A stretch of 64,000 nt of DNA, from the IMG/VR virus record IMGVR_UViG_3300028833_003520; one strand, 5' to 3'. A program made the translations under genes and the position numbers. Source of the stretch: a virus (lineage: Duplodnaviria > Caudoviricetes). How positions within the stretch are numbered: the first letter of the stretch is position 1; every line of letters starts with the position of its first letter. Positions 28,601 to 38,184 of this stretch are shown here, in pieces. The notes under the pieces are model-generated. The model worked only from the letters and a program-made list of their open reading frames with translations, was not told the origin of the DNA and searched no databases.

Positions 28601-29675
28601 GTATAACGAGAATTACGGTATGCTTACAGACGGTAAGGATGTTAGCGGTTACGATGAAACTGGTCTCCCGAAGGGTGGTTACGATGCTCAGGGCAATGCT
28701 CTTAATGAGTATGGTCAGCCTATTGACGCAGAAGGTAAGCCTCTTACAGATAAGTCAGGCAGACTTGTTTACTCTGATGCAAATGGTAACCTTGTTAACC
28801 AAGACGGTCATATCGTTGATAATTACGGTAATGTTGTTACTGATAAGCACGGCAAGCCTATTGAGGCAAATAGCAGACAGGCTAATAAGATGGCAGAGCA
28901 GGCACAGAAGCAGGTTTCTGCAAATCCTCAAGGTCCTGTGAATGGTAGATTACCGAATGGTGCTACTCCTTCTGGAGCACTTCCGAGTGGAGCAAATCCG
29001 ACTCAGACTGCACAGCAGGTAGGTCAGGCAGGATTACCGAGTGGTCAGAATGGACAAGTTCAGGCGAATGCACCTCAGGTACAGGCACCGAGAACTGTTC
29101 AGCAGACAGGTGCTCCTCATAAGCAGCCTTACAATCCTGCACAGAGCACACAACAGGTTCAGAGTGGTGTTCAGCAACCGAAGGTTCAGAATGTACAGCA
29201 GAATGCACAGCATACTGTTCGTAGCACACCTGTAACACCTACTCAGGTTAATAGACAGGCACAGAATGTTCAGCAACAGACTGCACAGTCAGTACCTCAG
29301 TCGCATCAGGTGGCTCAACAGCAGGCAATAAGGAATGCTCAACAGGCTCCTCAACAGAGTCAGACAAGACAGCCTTACAATCCTGCACAGCAGAATCGCC
29401 CTCAACAGACACAGCAAGCACCTCGTAGTGTAAGCGGTGGCAGAGTAGTATCACAGAATAATACTCCGAGGGTATCACAGCCTCAGATGCCTCAGCCGAG
29501 AGTTTCTCAGCCTCAAGCACCGAGAAATGTACCTCAACCTCAGGCAAGACCGCAGAATGTTCCTCAGCCGAAGGTTCAGAATGTACCTCAGCCTCAGGTT
29601 CCTCAGCCTCCGACGGGTGGTAGCGGAGTAAGGAATGCTCAGCCTAATCCCGATAAAAAGGGCGATGACAAGTAA
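25656..29675 (+). CDS. Extended VirB6-like polytopic membrane protein with Gly-rich and Gln/Pro-rich tail
   Basis: Signal peptide, two TM clusters separated by a large loop, DxxG repeats, PQ repeats; T4SS context. Confidence 0.65.
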   Translation: MIKVSRTQKIMARLVGVLAVVMLCFGVTSTVAHADGILNDVWTTGVNAVSSICRTVVGWVGGSAVEGGSGQAAEEEGVASAIGFEDIGRWSAAYLSTNMQPDEDGDVPGAKALNPNYQGDKDVDAGDAGVFVAYVGKSWISSLNTISSVGVSYSTYYKVPVSKNGNKTSNSIYQYCNYGYVLGQMGLDKSSSGSVSIGSKIQGYVVLGLYYAAIGVDALFYVVMKILKVLNPFMWFVKGVNTAVGNNAGSVKTPDGGTADWSLMQNYDTDPAFQKDGLAGLATGAFSGLQDFLGTWYAAIYDFSWAVLVPFFFAALLVSLILYRHTGKWKSKLKKYIIRVAFLVIGIPLLGGIYTAALDKMSNSLNPNTSPATKIVCSTFIDFEAWASRGRLSLYTRSTSGTTITTAMPLNIDIAASGMYEPTAVELINVRNRAYEINNTYAMPIDMGNPLFTSYDNSSGHAVENVLSTSNMDVSDKATGNCAAVINMLTRFSEGKYYTAAEFEGSAKSALSSWISSDEKGNCVLNQFQTICDVSSWWVTTDSDDDAFEDAIESHRKRFSSLKHFGDEQEKGGDLLIENKGSKSYYVNIYANGGIQYSDKKFTETSGSHVYPWFDVSYKTMPIPGYSAQTYTATVFSAKSETPSQAVEPGIHDNNSKPYGLSTCSMYNYLNTSFHDGMTLYSPSDTPTLWARENHRSVNIVGNGFVSFLMWLNCVTMLLCYAVIGYFYGFGMLLANIGRTFQVVKAVPFAMLGSLKSIAELITYTIVMILEIILTIFLYSFVAEIMFTIPDLITSPMAAALKTSYGTQGKTAYSIIMPVTLIVLIIFYSWFMVKAIKMRKKFIKAMDEAAQEIVNKFIGVRGDALADGAPNSSANVNTKNSGGFGKGALVGAGAGLGGAALLGANGKKDAKTNADGVSGRDGSSGKNGKNGFTKNAEANKNPLLPTGAALGLASGAGFSVDADEDLRDRAVAGNLDGNLDGEYNENYGMLTDGKDVSGYDETGLPKGGYDAQGNALNEYGQPIDAEGKPLTDKSGRLVYSDANGNLVNQDGHIVDNYGNVVTDKHGKPIEANSRQANKMAEQAQKQVSANPQGPVNGRLPNGATPSGALPSGANPTQTAQQVGQAGLPSGQNGQVQANAPQVQAPRTVQQTGAPHKQPYNPAQSTQQVQSGVQQPKVQNVQQNAQHTVRSTPVTPTQVNRQAQNVQQQTAQSVPQSHQVAQQQAIRNAQQAPQQSQTRQPYNPAQQNRPQQTQQAPRSVSGGRVVSQNNTPRVSQPQMPQPRVSQPQAPRNVPQPQARPQNVPQPKVQNVPQPQVPQPPTGGSGVRNAQPNPDKKGDDK

Positions 29676-29688
29676 TAGTGGATAAATG

Positions 29689-29774
29689 CTCATATATGGG
29701 GAGAATGCAATGTTTTCTCCATATATGAGAAATTCACATTTTCTGTTGACTTTGTGTAGAATGAACACTATAAT
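29689..29774 (+). promoter_or_regulatory. Pilin promoter with a double operator
   Basis: CTCATATATGG (29689) and CCATATATGAG (ending 29729) form an inverted repeat; TTGACT(29746)-17-TATAAT(29769). Confidence 0.75.
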
Positions 29775-29835
29775 AAATTTGTGAATGGGTGACCATTCAG
29801 ATTTTGCAAAATCTAAAGAAAGGAGAACGGTTGCT

Positions 29836-30246
29836 ATGGAACTTAACATTATCTCGATGGCGTGGGACATTAGTAATTTTCTTAAGAACGCTAAGAATAC
29901 ACTGTCAACTTGGGGTGGTTATCTCTTTATGCTTTTCGGTGTAGTTCTTATTATCGTCGGCATCTTCCAGATTGTTAAAAAGTTCGTTGCTCCGAATTCG
30001 GCACCTGGTGGTTGGGCTATGCCTATCGTTATGCTGATTATCGGCGGTGCTCTTGCAGTAGGCGGTTGGTCATTCGTCTTCAATATCGCTCAGGGCGGTA
30101 AGCAGACAATTGAAGACCTCGGTGCTGGTAAGCAAGATACAGCAGCAACAGGTGCTACAGTTAAGACCATTGTTAATATGCTTCCTTATTACAAGGATTG
30201 CCTTGCTAACATTGGTGTTCTGGACTTCATTAAAACAATGTTTTAA
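29836..30246 (+). CDS. VirB2/TrbC-like pilin subunit
   Basis: RBS AAGGAG before MELNII; two TM helices joined by a short basic loop; own promoter and terminator. Confidence 0.6.
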   Translation: MELNIISMAWDISNFLKNAKNTLSTWGGYLFMLFGVVLIIVGIFQIVKKFVAPNSAPGGWAMPIVMLIIGGALAVGGWSFVFNIAQGGKQTIEDLGAGKQDTAATGATVKTIVNMLPYYKDCLANIGVLDFIKTMF

Positions 30247-30278
30247 TTGAAATCGTAGCCTAAACGATAACAAACAAG

Positions 30279-30312
30279 AGTTCCTGTATGACAACATACA
30301 GGAACTTTTTTT
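30279..30312 (+). terminator. Intrinsic terminator
   Basis: AGTTCCTGTATG-ACAA-CATACAGGAACT-TTTTTT. Confidence 0.9.
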
Positions 30313-30336
30313 ATCCGTAGCAATATATCAAAAAAT

Positions 30337-30387
30337 GCTCATTTATGAAAGAAATGAGTTGAAAAGGATAAGTATTCGTGTTAGAAT
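30337..30387 (+). promoter_or_regulatory. Promoter with upstream operator
   Basis: GCTCATTTATGAA; TTGAAA(30359)-17-TAGAAT with TG extension. Confidence 0.65.
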
Positions 30388-30444
30388 CGGAAGTAGAATT
30401 TTGAATTGTGTTTATATCCATTTCAGGAAGGAGAATAGAGAAGA

Positions 30445-31740
30445 ATGAGCAAAGCAGGTAATCTTATTAAAAGATTAACGGATAAGCACCGTAAGATTGA
30501 AAGATTTGGCGTTTTGGCTCTTGTCGGAATTATTGCTCTCGGTAGTGTAACTGGCACAATCCTCGTTAAGAATTATAAGGATAAGCATCAGCAGTTATCA
30601 ACGCAAGCCGTTTATACTGTTGATTTTGAGATGTCTCGAAGTCACACTACGGGTAAGGTTGTTGATGTTTACACTAATGCAAACAAGACAAGTGCTCTCT
30701 TACTGTTGAAATTTGACGATATGGCTCATATGTCAACAGACGCAAACAATTATGTTTGCTTTTTAAGAGGTTACGACCCTAATAAGGGTAAGGAACCTCT
30801 TGAGTCACATCCTGCGTGTGCATTGTATGTATTTGGTACTACAGGCTATGTAGGACTTCATATGGTCGATAAAAACGGTTTCCCTAATCAGATTGAATAT
30901 CTGACTATTCGTAACGATAAGGAACTCGTAGAGGTCAATGATGGACAGGTTGCGGAGAGTGGAAGTCAGTATGATGTTTACGATTTGACCGATATTTATT
31001 TCAATCCTGGTGCTGCAGGAACAACTGTTGTTGAGTGTCTCAACAACGAGGTAGTTACTGTTAAGGATATGTATGAAGAGTGTATTGCTCGTTCAAGAGA
31101 GCAGGAACTCAGAGCCGTACTTGAAGATGATTTACTTCAGATGCGTACAACAATGGTACAGATATCCGAGTACGAGCAGAGACTCGTAAATATGGATATT
31201 GCTCTCAATACACCTTATGGTGCTATCGCAGGGGACTACATTGTTAATAAGGATGGCTTGACTGTTGGTAGTCTTGATTATCAGGCACAGTTAGCAGACT
31301 ATGTTGACGGAGAACATTTAAGGTTAATGTCAAATACAGTATGCGTTGGTGGTGTTGATTTCGATTGGTATAACGGAAGTATTCACGAAGGTTATATCAA
31401 CTCATTGAGAGGCGATATGACTCCACAGCAGTATATCAATAGTATTATGATACCACCTGAAGGTTCGGAAGATGATAAGCAGATTCCTGATAAGTGGTAT
31501 TTCTTGTCTTCTGGTCAAGAATTTACACTTGTAAGTCAGGGCGGTAAGTTTAATCAGACTGCAACTGATATTCAGACGCAGATTGGTTATTTGACAACCG
31601 CTTGGAATACTTACTATAGTATAAAGCAGAAGTATGAATGCACTGATTTAATCAATCTTCTTGACCTTGATTATGAGGTAATGAGTGTAGAGAATAACTT
31701 TACAATCAATAATAGAGCAAGTGCTTTTATTATCAGTTAA
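30445..31740 (+). CDS. Membrane-anchored conjugation protein of unknown function
   Basis: Single N-terminal TM; within the T4SS block. Confidence 0.7.
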   Translation: MSKAGNLIKRLTDKHRKIERFGVLALVGIIALGSVTGTILVKNYKDKHQQLSTQAVYTVDFEMSRSHTTGKVVDVYTNANKTSALLLLKFDDMAHMSTDANNYVCFLRGYDPNKGKEPLESHPACALYVFGTTGYVGLHMVDKNGFPNQIEYLTIRNDKELVEVNDGQVAESGSQYDVYDLTDIYFNPGAAGTTVVECLNNEVVTVKDMYEECIARSREQELRAVLEDDLLQMRTTMVQISEYEQRLVNMDIALNTPYGAIAGDYIVNKDGLTVGSLDYQAQLADYVDGEHLRLMSNTVCVGGVDFDWYNGSIHEGYINSLRGDMTPQQYINSIMIPPEGSEDDKQIPDKWYFLSSGQEFTLVSQGGKFNQTATDIQTQIGYLTTAWNTYYSIKQKYECTDLINLLDLDYEVMSVENNFTINNRASAFIIS

Positions 31741-31783
31741 TGGAACAACCTATTTTTACAATAGGTAGGACGAGGTAGTAACT

Positions 31784-33784
31784 ATGGCGTTTCAGAAGAA
31801 TTCTGATAAAACCAATAGCGACGAGAGAGACCAGTCACAGGCTAATGAGAATGAGAAGGACACTACAAGGTCCAATAGTTCTTCAGAGAGTGACAAGGGT
31901 TCCTCGGATAAGGGTGAAAAATCTAATGAACAGCCTGAACGCAAGTCAGAAAAATCTGGCTTGCGTAAGGTCGTTCCAAATGTAGATGGTGATGCTCATA
32001 AAGAAGCCAAGAAAAAAGCCGAAGAGGAAGAGAAGAAAGAAAAGAAGAGTCTAAATAAGGTGGCTCGTAAAGCAGGTTCTTCTGCGGCGGCATACGGTGC
32101 TAAGAGTTTTATTGCTATGCAGATAGCAAATGCTCTTAAGGTTCTCTTGATGATGCTTATGCAGTTAATGAATGCTATTGCGTCTGCAATTAGTACGGTT
32201 GTAGCAGGAGTAGTTCATTTTATTGCTTCAGTTGCCGTAGCGTTTGGTGTAACTATGCTTACGGCTACTTTAGGTCTCGTAGGCTTTTTCGTAGGCGGTG
32301 TTATTTTAGTCGGTGGTACAGTAGCATCAAATTCTCAACAGACCACAGAAATTAAGACTGACGCAGTTCTTCCTGATGACCCTTGTGAGGGGCGTGAAGA
32401 TACTCAATATACGGCAGTCGGTGATGATACAAGCCAAGAAGAACGAGCAAGAATGGTTTACAATTTCTTTGGAAACTATTATAAGACCAATACGAAGGAG
32501 AAGGTCGCAGGTATTCTTGGCAACTGGTCTGTAGAGTCAGGTATTACTTTCTTCAAGATGGAAGGAAGTCCGTCATCAGATAAGATGATACTGTATGGTA
32601 ATGACGAGAAGGCGTTGGATAACTATACGTCAGGATGGTTATTCCCGACTTATTACAGAGGATGGGGAGCATCCGCTTGTTCTACATCATATTCAAGTTT
32701 TCCTGGTCAGACGAGGACGCATTCTAATACTCATCATAATTTAGCAACATCAGCCTATGTTGCTCATAATAACGGTAAATCAATGTTTGTACCTGGTATT
32801 GGTATTGGACAGTGGACAGGACAAAGAGGTAAGGACCTTCTCAACCTTGCGGCAAATACCGACGGTTACGATTGGTATGATGCCGAAATTCAGTTGGCGT
32901 ATATGGTATCTATTGATAGCAGAGCAAATTGGGTTCAGAATTGGGCAAATACTGCAACAGGAAATCCCGAAGAAGGTGCTAAACAATTCGGATATGGTTG
33001 GGAAGGCGATATTAGTGGTTCTGAAAATGCTCGTGTAAATGCGGCAAAAGAATGGTTTATTAAGATAGCGGCTTGGGATGCTGATATCAATTATTACAAT
33101 ACTGTTGTAACGATTGCAGGTGACGCATTTAGGGCAGCCGCAGGTGCAAATAATGCACAGAATCACGAAGATGAATGTACTGAGGAAGAGTTAACTTACG
33201 GTACAACAGTTGCAGAGAGAATGTCTGCATATTGTTGGGATAGTCACTCTCAGTCTTGTGATGATTTTATTCAGGCTTGGACTGCAAGAGGAAAGCCAAT
33301 GGGTACTTATAATAATCATCCGATTAAGGAGCCTTGGGGTACTGTCTGTGGTACAGACCTGTATATTCAAGTTCATCAAGCCGTATTCCCTGGCGATGGC
33401 TTGTATGCATCTTGTGACCGAAGCGTAGCGTGTGCGGTTAGATGGGCAGGACTTGATGATAACTTCCCTGCAGGTGGTTGTGGTACATTGATTAACTGGA
33501 TGTCTGCCAGTAGCAAGTGGAAGAATGTTAAGAGTGATATTCATAGCGAGTCGGATTTAATGCCTGGCGATATTCTTATTAGAAGTACGCACGTTATTAT
33601 GTATCTTGGTTCGGATGCGGTATTGAAGTATCACCCTAATGCTGAAGCAAGTTGGGTTTATGGTTCGGGTTCGTATGGTGATAGACCACCGAATGTTCAA
33701 GGTGATAACTGGTCTGGTTACGATTATGTTTTCAGAAATGTTCAGCCAGAATCGAATTCGAAGTGGTTTAATATAATCGAATAA
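31784..33784 (+). CDS. VirB1-like peptidoglycan hydrolase (phage tail lysozyme + Cys/His amidase domain)
   Basis: VAGILGNWSVESG...GIGIGQWT..R lysozyme motif; SCDRSV...PGDI...HVIMY amidase motif; TM region. Confidence 0.8.
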   Translation: MAFQKNSDKTNSDERDQSQANENEKDTTRSNSSSESDKGSSDKGEKSNEQPERKSEKSGLRKVVPNVDGDAHKEAKKKAEEEEKKEKKSLNKVARKAGSSAAAYGAKSFIAMQIANALKVLLMMLMQLMNAIASAISTVVAGVVHFIASVAVAFGVTMLTATLGLVGFFVGGVILVGGTVASNSQQTTEIKTDAVLPDDPCEGREDTQYTAVGDDTSQEERARMVYNFFGNYYKTNTKEKVAGILGNWSVESGITFFKMEGSPSSDKMILYGNDEKALDNYTSGWLFPTYYRGWGASACSTSYSSFPGQTRTHSNTHHNLATSAYVAHNNGKSMFVPGIGIGQWTGQRGKDLLNLAANTDGYDWYDAEIQLAYMVSIDSRANWVQNWANTATGNPEEGAKQFGYGWEGDISGSENARVNAAKEWFIKIAAWDADINYYNTVVTIAGDAFRAAAGANNAQNHEDECTEEELTYGTTVAERMSAYCWDSHSQSCDDFIQAWTARGKPMGTYNNHPIKEPWGTVCGTDLYIQVHQAVFPGDGLYASCDRSVACAVRWAGLDDNFPAGGCGTLINWMSASSKWKNVKSDIHSESDLMPGDILIRSTHVIMYLGSDAVLKYHPNAEASWVYGSGSYGDRPPNVQGDNWSGYDYVFRNVQPESNSKWFNIIE

Positions 33785-33794
33785 ACAATGCTGA

Positions 33795-33860
33795 AAATGC
33801 TCATAAATGTGTTGATTTTGTAATGCGAGAGTGTTATAATTCATTCATAAATGAGCATTT
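33795..33860 (+). promoter_or_regulatory. Promoter bracketed by two operators
   Basis: AAAATGCTCATAAATG...TTGATT(33812)-17-TATAAT(33835)...TTCATAAATGAGCATTTT. Confidence 0.75.
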
Positions 33861-33889
33861 TCTTAATTATCACAAGGAGATAAAAGGAT

Positions 33890-34987
33890 ATGAACAGAGA
33901 GGAAAGAAGAAGGCAGAACAAAGCAGAAGCCGACAGACTTGCTCAAGAGACGCTTGACAATATGAAAGCCAAGCGAGAGGCTCGTAAAGAATCAATTCAA
34001 ACAAAATGGGAAAATGCAGATAAAGGTAAGGTTATCAAGATTGGGATTATTGTTGTTTCAGCAGTTCTCAGTCTTATTGGTATTCTTGCAATTATATCTG
34101 CGAATAACCGTGTAGATGTTCTCAATGGTCAGATTGCAGAAATGCAGACTCAGATTGCTACGAAGCAGAGTGAGATTGATGCAATTGATTTGACACCTAT
34201 TGAGCAACAGTTAATTCAAGACACAATGAATACTTGCTTACAGCAAGGTTCAGAGGTGGCTGATTTACAGAATCAGTATTATAACGTACTGGATATGCAG
34301 AAATACGGTTTTAGTGAGAACAATGTCAATGAAATCGAAAGAATTTCAGGTGAGTTGTCCAAGTATTTCGGTGGTAGTAATGAAGATGCAACAGCATATT
34401 GGTTCACGACTCAGGAGTCAGACCATACAAAGTTTACTTGGCAGTTTGAAACAACATACGGTTTTCACGGTGACACTATAGATGTTATGTGGACTTGTTA
34501 CAAAAATGCCGATTCCTCTGGTGCATTAAGTGATGAACTTTTGGCGTATGCCGTTGGTGTTTATAATGTAGCGACGGGTAAGTTTACGAATGTTAACTTT
34601 ACTGTAACTAACTGTGGTAAGGCTTTACAGGGTTATTCTACAGACACAGATTGTGACGAGCAGCCGAAGGTTGATATGACAATCGACGCTGACGGAGATG
34701 GAAAGACTGACCTCAATGTCGATACAGATGGTGACGGTGTACCTGATACAAATATTGACGCAGACGGCAATGGTGTTATCGACGTTATGGAAGGCACAGA
34801 TGCTCAGTATGAGCGTGATGAAGATAGAGGAGAGGAAACTGCTCCAACCGAAACGACTACGCCTACTGATGCGACTACAACGACTTCTGCAACTGTAGAT
34901 GACGATGATGAAGATGACGACGATGAGCCGACAACAACAACTGCATTCGATTCTTATGAGCAGGATGCAGATAGGGGAGAGGAGTAA
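33890..34987 (+). CDS. Bitopic conjugation protein (VirB8-like?) with DxDG[DN]G calcium-binding-like repeats
   Basis: TM, coiled coil, globular domain; three DxDGxG repeats; acidic/Thr tail. Confidence 0.6.
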   Translation: MNREERRRQNKAEADRLAQETLDNMKAKREARKESIQTKWENADKGKVIKIGIIVVSAVLSLIGILAIISANNRVDVLNGQIAEMQTQIATKQSEIDAIDLTPIEQQLIQDTMNTCLQQGSEVADLQNQYYNVLDMQKYGFSENNVNEIERISGELSKYFGGSNEDATAYWFTTQESDHTKFTWQFETTYGFHGDTIDVMWTCYKNADSSGALSDELLAYAVGVYNVATGKFTNVNFTVTNCGKALQGYSTDTDCDEQPKVDMTIDADGDGKTDLNVDTDGDGVPDTNIDADGNGVIDVMEGTDAQYERDEDRGEETAPTETTTPTDATTTTSATVDDDDEDDDDEPTTTTAFDSYEQDADRGEE

Positions 34988-34991
34988 GAGT

Positions 34992-35615
34992 ATGAAAGAA
35001 GTTCTTAGGGATTTATTCAATATTAAGACGTTTATTCCGTTGATTATAGCCATCGGCATTATCGTAGTTGGTAATTTTTATTCCAAGCAGAATGTCGGTG
35101 CAGCAGAAGCACAGTTAACACAACTTCAAGGACAGTATGCTGAACTTGAAAATCAGTATGCACAGAAGAAATCTTCGCAAACGCAGGCAAATCAGCAGGC
35201 AATTAAACTTGCTACTGGTGTCGAAGAGGAGCGTAAGAACACTGATGACAGCAAGATAACTACTCTTATGTCTGATGTTGTTACTTGGAGTTCTTATGCC
35301 GAGTATTGCACGAAGAGACAGAATTTTATTGACACCTATGGTGGCAATGAGGATTTTCTGAATATGTTTTTCCCTGAAATAGCAGTCGCAGTATCAGCCG
35401 ATGGTACAGAATATAACACTATTGATACTTTAGGTTTGAAACTCCAGTTTTCAAGTATGAAGAGTTATATTATCAATATTTCGGGTACGACATATTCATA
35501 TTTCGCACTCGTAAATGTTACACGAGATGGCGATACGGCTTCAACACAGCAGTTTGCGATAACGTATAGTACAGATGCAAGCGGCAATGTATTGAATTTG
35601 AAGGGAATTATGTAA
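34992..35615 (+). CDS. Bitopic conjugation protein (VirB8/TcpC-like?)
   Basis: RBS GAGGAG before MKEVLR; TM, coiled coil, and a C-terminus resembling an NTF2-like fold. Confidence 0.55.
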   Translation: MKEVLRDLFNIKTFIPLIIAIGIIVVGNFYSKQNVGAAEAQLTQLQGQYAELENQYAQKKSSQTQANQQAIKLATGVEEERKNTDDSKITTLMSDVVTWSSYAEYCTKRQNFIDTYGGNEDFLNMFFPEIAVAVSADGTEYNTIDTLGLKLQFSSMKSYIINISGTTYSYFALVNVTRDGDTASTQQFAITYSTDASGNVLNLKGIM

Positions 35616-35666
35616 ATGAATAGAAAAACCGTCAGAAGTGAAAATAGTGAAAGGAGCAGTAAGAAT

Positions 35667-36062
35667 ATGGGTACTATGTCCAAAACGAAGTCTTATGCAA
35701 AAGTGAAGGAGACCAAGTTGAAACTTCAGAAAGATGCTACTTGGCAGACAACAAAGACTGGAATTTTCAAGGCTTTGATGTTTGTTGGTCGTTGGATAGC
35801 AACAACCTTCTGTATCTATTTAGTTTCAATGATTTCAATCACAGGTCTTATTCCTTTTACAGTTGCGTATCTTGCAGGTCAGTCGGGTATGTCCGTTGGA
35901 ACTGATGCTGTAACAAGTGTAACGACTTGGGTATGCCCGTCAGTAGGAGCGACGATTATTATTTCAATCGTAACAGCAGTTATTGATGTGCAGATTTATA
36001 AGTTCTTTAAGAAGCAGTTCTCGTATCAGAGACTTGAGGATAAGAAGAACGACAAAAAGTGA
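35667..36062 (+). CDS. Two-TM membrane protein
   Basis: RBS AAGGAG before MGTMSK. Confidence 0.7.
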   Translation: MGTMSKTKSYAKVKETKLKLQKDATWQTTKTGIFKALMFVGRWIATTFCIYLVSMISITGLIPFTVAYLAGQSGMSVGTDAVTSVTTWVCPSVGATIIISIVTAVIDVQIYKFFKKQFSYQRLEDKKNDKK

Positions 36063-36070
36063 TAGGTTTA

Positions 36071-36120
36071 TTGCTTTTTAAGGCAGTTTAATCTATAATC
36101 AGTAATGTCTGATATATGAG
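36071..36120 (+). promoter_or_regulatory. Promoter with downstream operator
   Basis: TTGCTT-17-TATAAT(36094); TGATATATGAG at 36110-36120. Confidence 0.6.
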
Positions 36121-36155
36121 TAGATTATGATAATTTTTCAGAAAGGAGTTAGAGA

Positions 36156-37175
36156 ATGAAAGTCATAGGGCACAGTTTGAACCATACGTATTCTCGTCAG
36201 GCAAGTACATTCCTTCCCGAAAGTGAACTTATTCACCAGACTGGTGTGGAATGTAATGCAAACTTTCGTATCTCAAAAGCATTCTTAGCATATCACGGTG
36301 AAGAGGCTTGCTATAGACCTTATTTCCTTCTTATCGGAAGATTAGAGAATGTACGAGCACAGTTCCCCGAAGGTATCACAGAGGTTGAGTACGAAGATAG
36401 CGATACGCCTGAAGTTCAGGTCAACTATGAGTTGGAAAATGAACAGTTGGAGCATATGTATCGAAAAGGTGTATTTCCTAATCTCGACCAGTTACAGGAA
36501 TTTCTGTCAAGAAGGAATGATAAGTTAGGGGTCAGACCTGAGACAGTTGTTACACCGTCAATTATGAATGACAATAGGTATGATGATATTCCTGTTACTT
36601 GTTCTGTACTTGTGATAAAGCGTCAATCTCAGAATGATGCACCTATCATATTCGTACAGCCTGAGAAGCCATTTGATATCGTCATTACGAAGGAAACTTC
36701 GGGATATGACCTTGTAGATTATATGGAACCGTTTGAGCAGGATGAACTCAATATTGAAGATAGGTCTTATGCTAAACTCGACGAAGACATTAAGTATTTC
36801 GAGCCTCAGAAGGAAGAAGAGCCTGTCGAAGTTATCGAGAAGTCTGAAGATGAGAAGATGGTTGATAAGATTTTCGGTGTTACAAAACCTCGTGTTGATA
36901 AACACATCGAAGATGATAAGGAGTTGCTCGCTCGTGCAAACGAGGCTGCAGAAGCAGTTGAAAACGAGAATACTTCTTATGAGTCCACCTTTGAACAGTT
37001 GATGCTTGAAGAGTCCGATGAGCCAACGGCAAATGAAGTATCGACGAAGACAGAAGAAACAAGACGTGGACCTCTTTCTATGGATGAGATTATGTCTCGT
37101 CAGCAGAAGGCTCAGAGCCTTGCAGACAAGGTTAAAGAGTCAGACGAAGACGGAATCCAGTCTTCAAAGGAGTAA
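36156..37175 (+). CDS. Hypothetical acidic protein
   Basis: Strong RBS AGAAAGGAG; 339 aa. Confidence 0.8.
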   Translation: MKVIGHSLNHTYSRQASTFLPESELIHQTGVECNANFRISKAFLAYHGEEACYRPYFLLIGRLENVRAQFPEGITEVEYEDSDTPEVQVNYELENEQLEHMYRKGVFPNLDQLQEFLSRRNDKLGVRPETVVTPSIMNDNRYDDIPVTCSVLVIKRQSQNDAPIIFVQPEKPFDIVITKETSGYDLVDYMEPFEQDELNIEDRSYAKLDEDIKYFEPQKEEEPVEVIEKSEDEKMVDKIFGVTKPRVDKHIEDDKELLARANEAAEAVENENTSYESTFEQLMLEESDEPTANEVSTKTEETRRGPLSMDEIMSRQQKAQSLADKVKESDEDGIQSSKE

Positions 37176-37219
37176 TCCGCTATTAAAGTGCGACGGCACT
37201 TATAAAATAGATAAGGAAT

Positions 37220-37258
37220 GGCTATTGCGTTCACCCCTGGGCACAGTAGCCGTTTTTT
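37220..37258 (+). terminator. Probable terminator
   Basis: GGCTATTG...CAGTAGCC followed by GTTTTTT. Confidence 0.55.
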
Positions 37259-37354
37259 ATTGCTATTAAAAAGAATGGTTGAAAAATTTAATTGAGACCA
37301 CGATTTCCGTGAATAATTAAAGCCTGCTTTAATTACGTTTGTAGCACTATTTTG

Positions 37355-37390
37355 TTGACTTTCTCCATATATGGTGTTATAGTGTTTTTA
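37355..37390 (+). promoter_or_regulatory. Cargo-operon promoter, copy 1
   Basis: TTGACT-ttctCCATATATGGtgt-TATAGT-gttttta; near-identical to 54114 and 58593. Confidence 0.85.
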
Positions 37391-37427
37391 TAGTATAAAC
37401 ACAACAGTAAGTTGGGAGGAAATAAAT

Positions 37428-38183
37428 ATGGTCGAGATAATTGATAAGAACGATGCACCTGAAGCAGTCAAGAATGCGAAGGTAGTAGGTGGTTCAACAT
37501 TTTTCGATGCCGACACTTCGGAAAGATTTGAGGCTGAGCCTAAATCTGTAAAATCGACTGGTAAGACGATTTCGAAGGTCGTAACAAGAGAGAATATCGA
37601 AGAGGCATACGCATCTGCACAGCAGATTGCGGTTGATGCTCAGACTCCCGAAGATGTGAATAAGGGACCTCTCAAGGCTTATGAAGGTAAGTATGATTAC
37701 AAATACTTATCTCGTGAGACTGTCGATATTATGCATAAGAATGCAAGTACAGGAGCAATTTCTGCAAAGGAGTCGCTTAACTCCGTACCGTATGCAATTA
37801 AGTTAGGTACTGCTATTAGTTCGGAGAACTATGGTACAGCAGTTCTTACAGGTATTCAGATGTTACCTGGCGTTATTCGTCAGAAGACCGCACAGTATAA
37901 GAATATGATTGGTTCGGTTGAAGGTTATCAGTCTTATAAAAAGGATATCGAGGGTCTTTCGAAAGAAGAGAGAAAGTTGGCTCGTAAAGAACTGGCAGAA
38001 TGTCAGGTTAAGGCTTTAGAGCATCTCGATTCTGCTGATAAGCAACTCTTCAAGGAGAAAGCGGCTCAAGGTATCGACAAGGGCGTTGAGGCTCTTGCAA
38101 GCAGAGCAGACCGTGTAAAGAGGGCAGAATCCATCGCTCCGTCTGGTGCGTCAGCAGATTATGGCGTAGAACTCGGAGGCTAA
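37428..38183 (+). CDS. Hypothetical protein
   Basis: RBS GGGAGG; first gene after the cargo promoter. Confidence 0.8.
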   Translation: MVEIIDKNDAPEAVKNAKVVGGSTFFDADTSERFEAEPKSVKSTGKTISKVVTRENIEEAYASAQQIAVDAQTPEDVNKGPLKAYEGKYDYKYLSRETVDIMHKNASTGAISAKESLNSVPYAIKLGTAISSENYGTAVLTGIQMLPGVIRQKTAQYKNMIGSVEGYQSYKKDIEGLSKEERKLARKELAECQVKALEHLDSADKQLFKEKAAQGIDKGVEALASRADRVKRAESIAPSGASADYGVELGG

Positions 38184-38184
38184 T

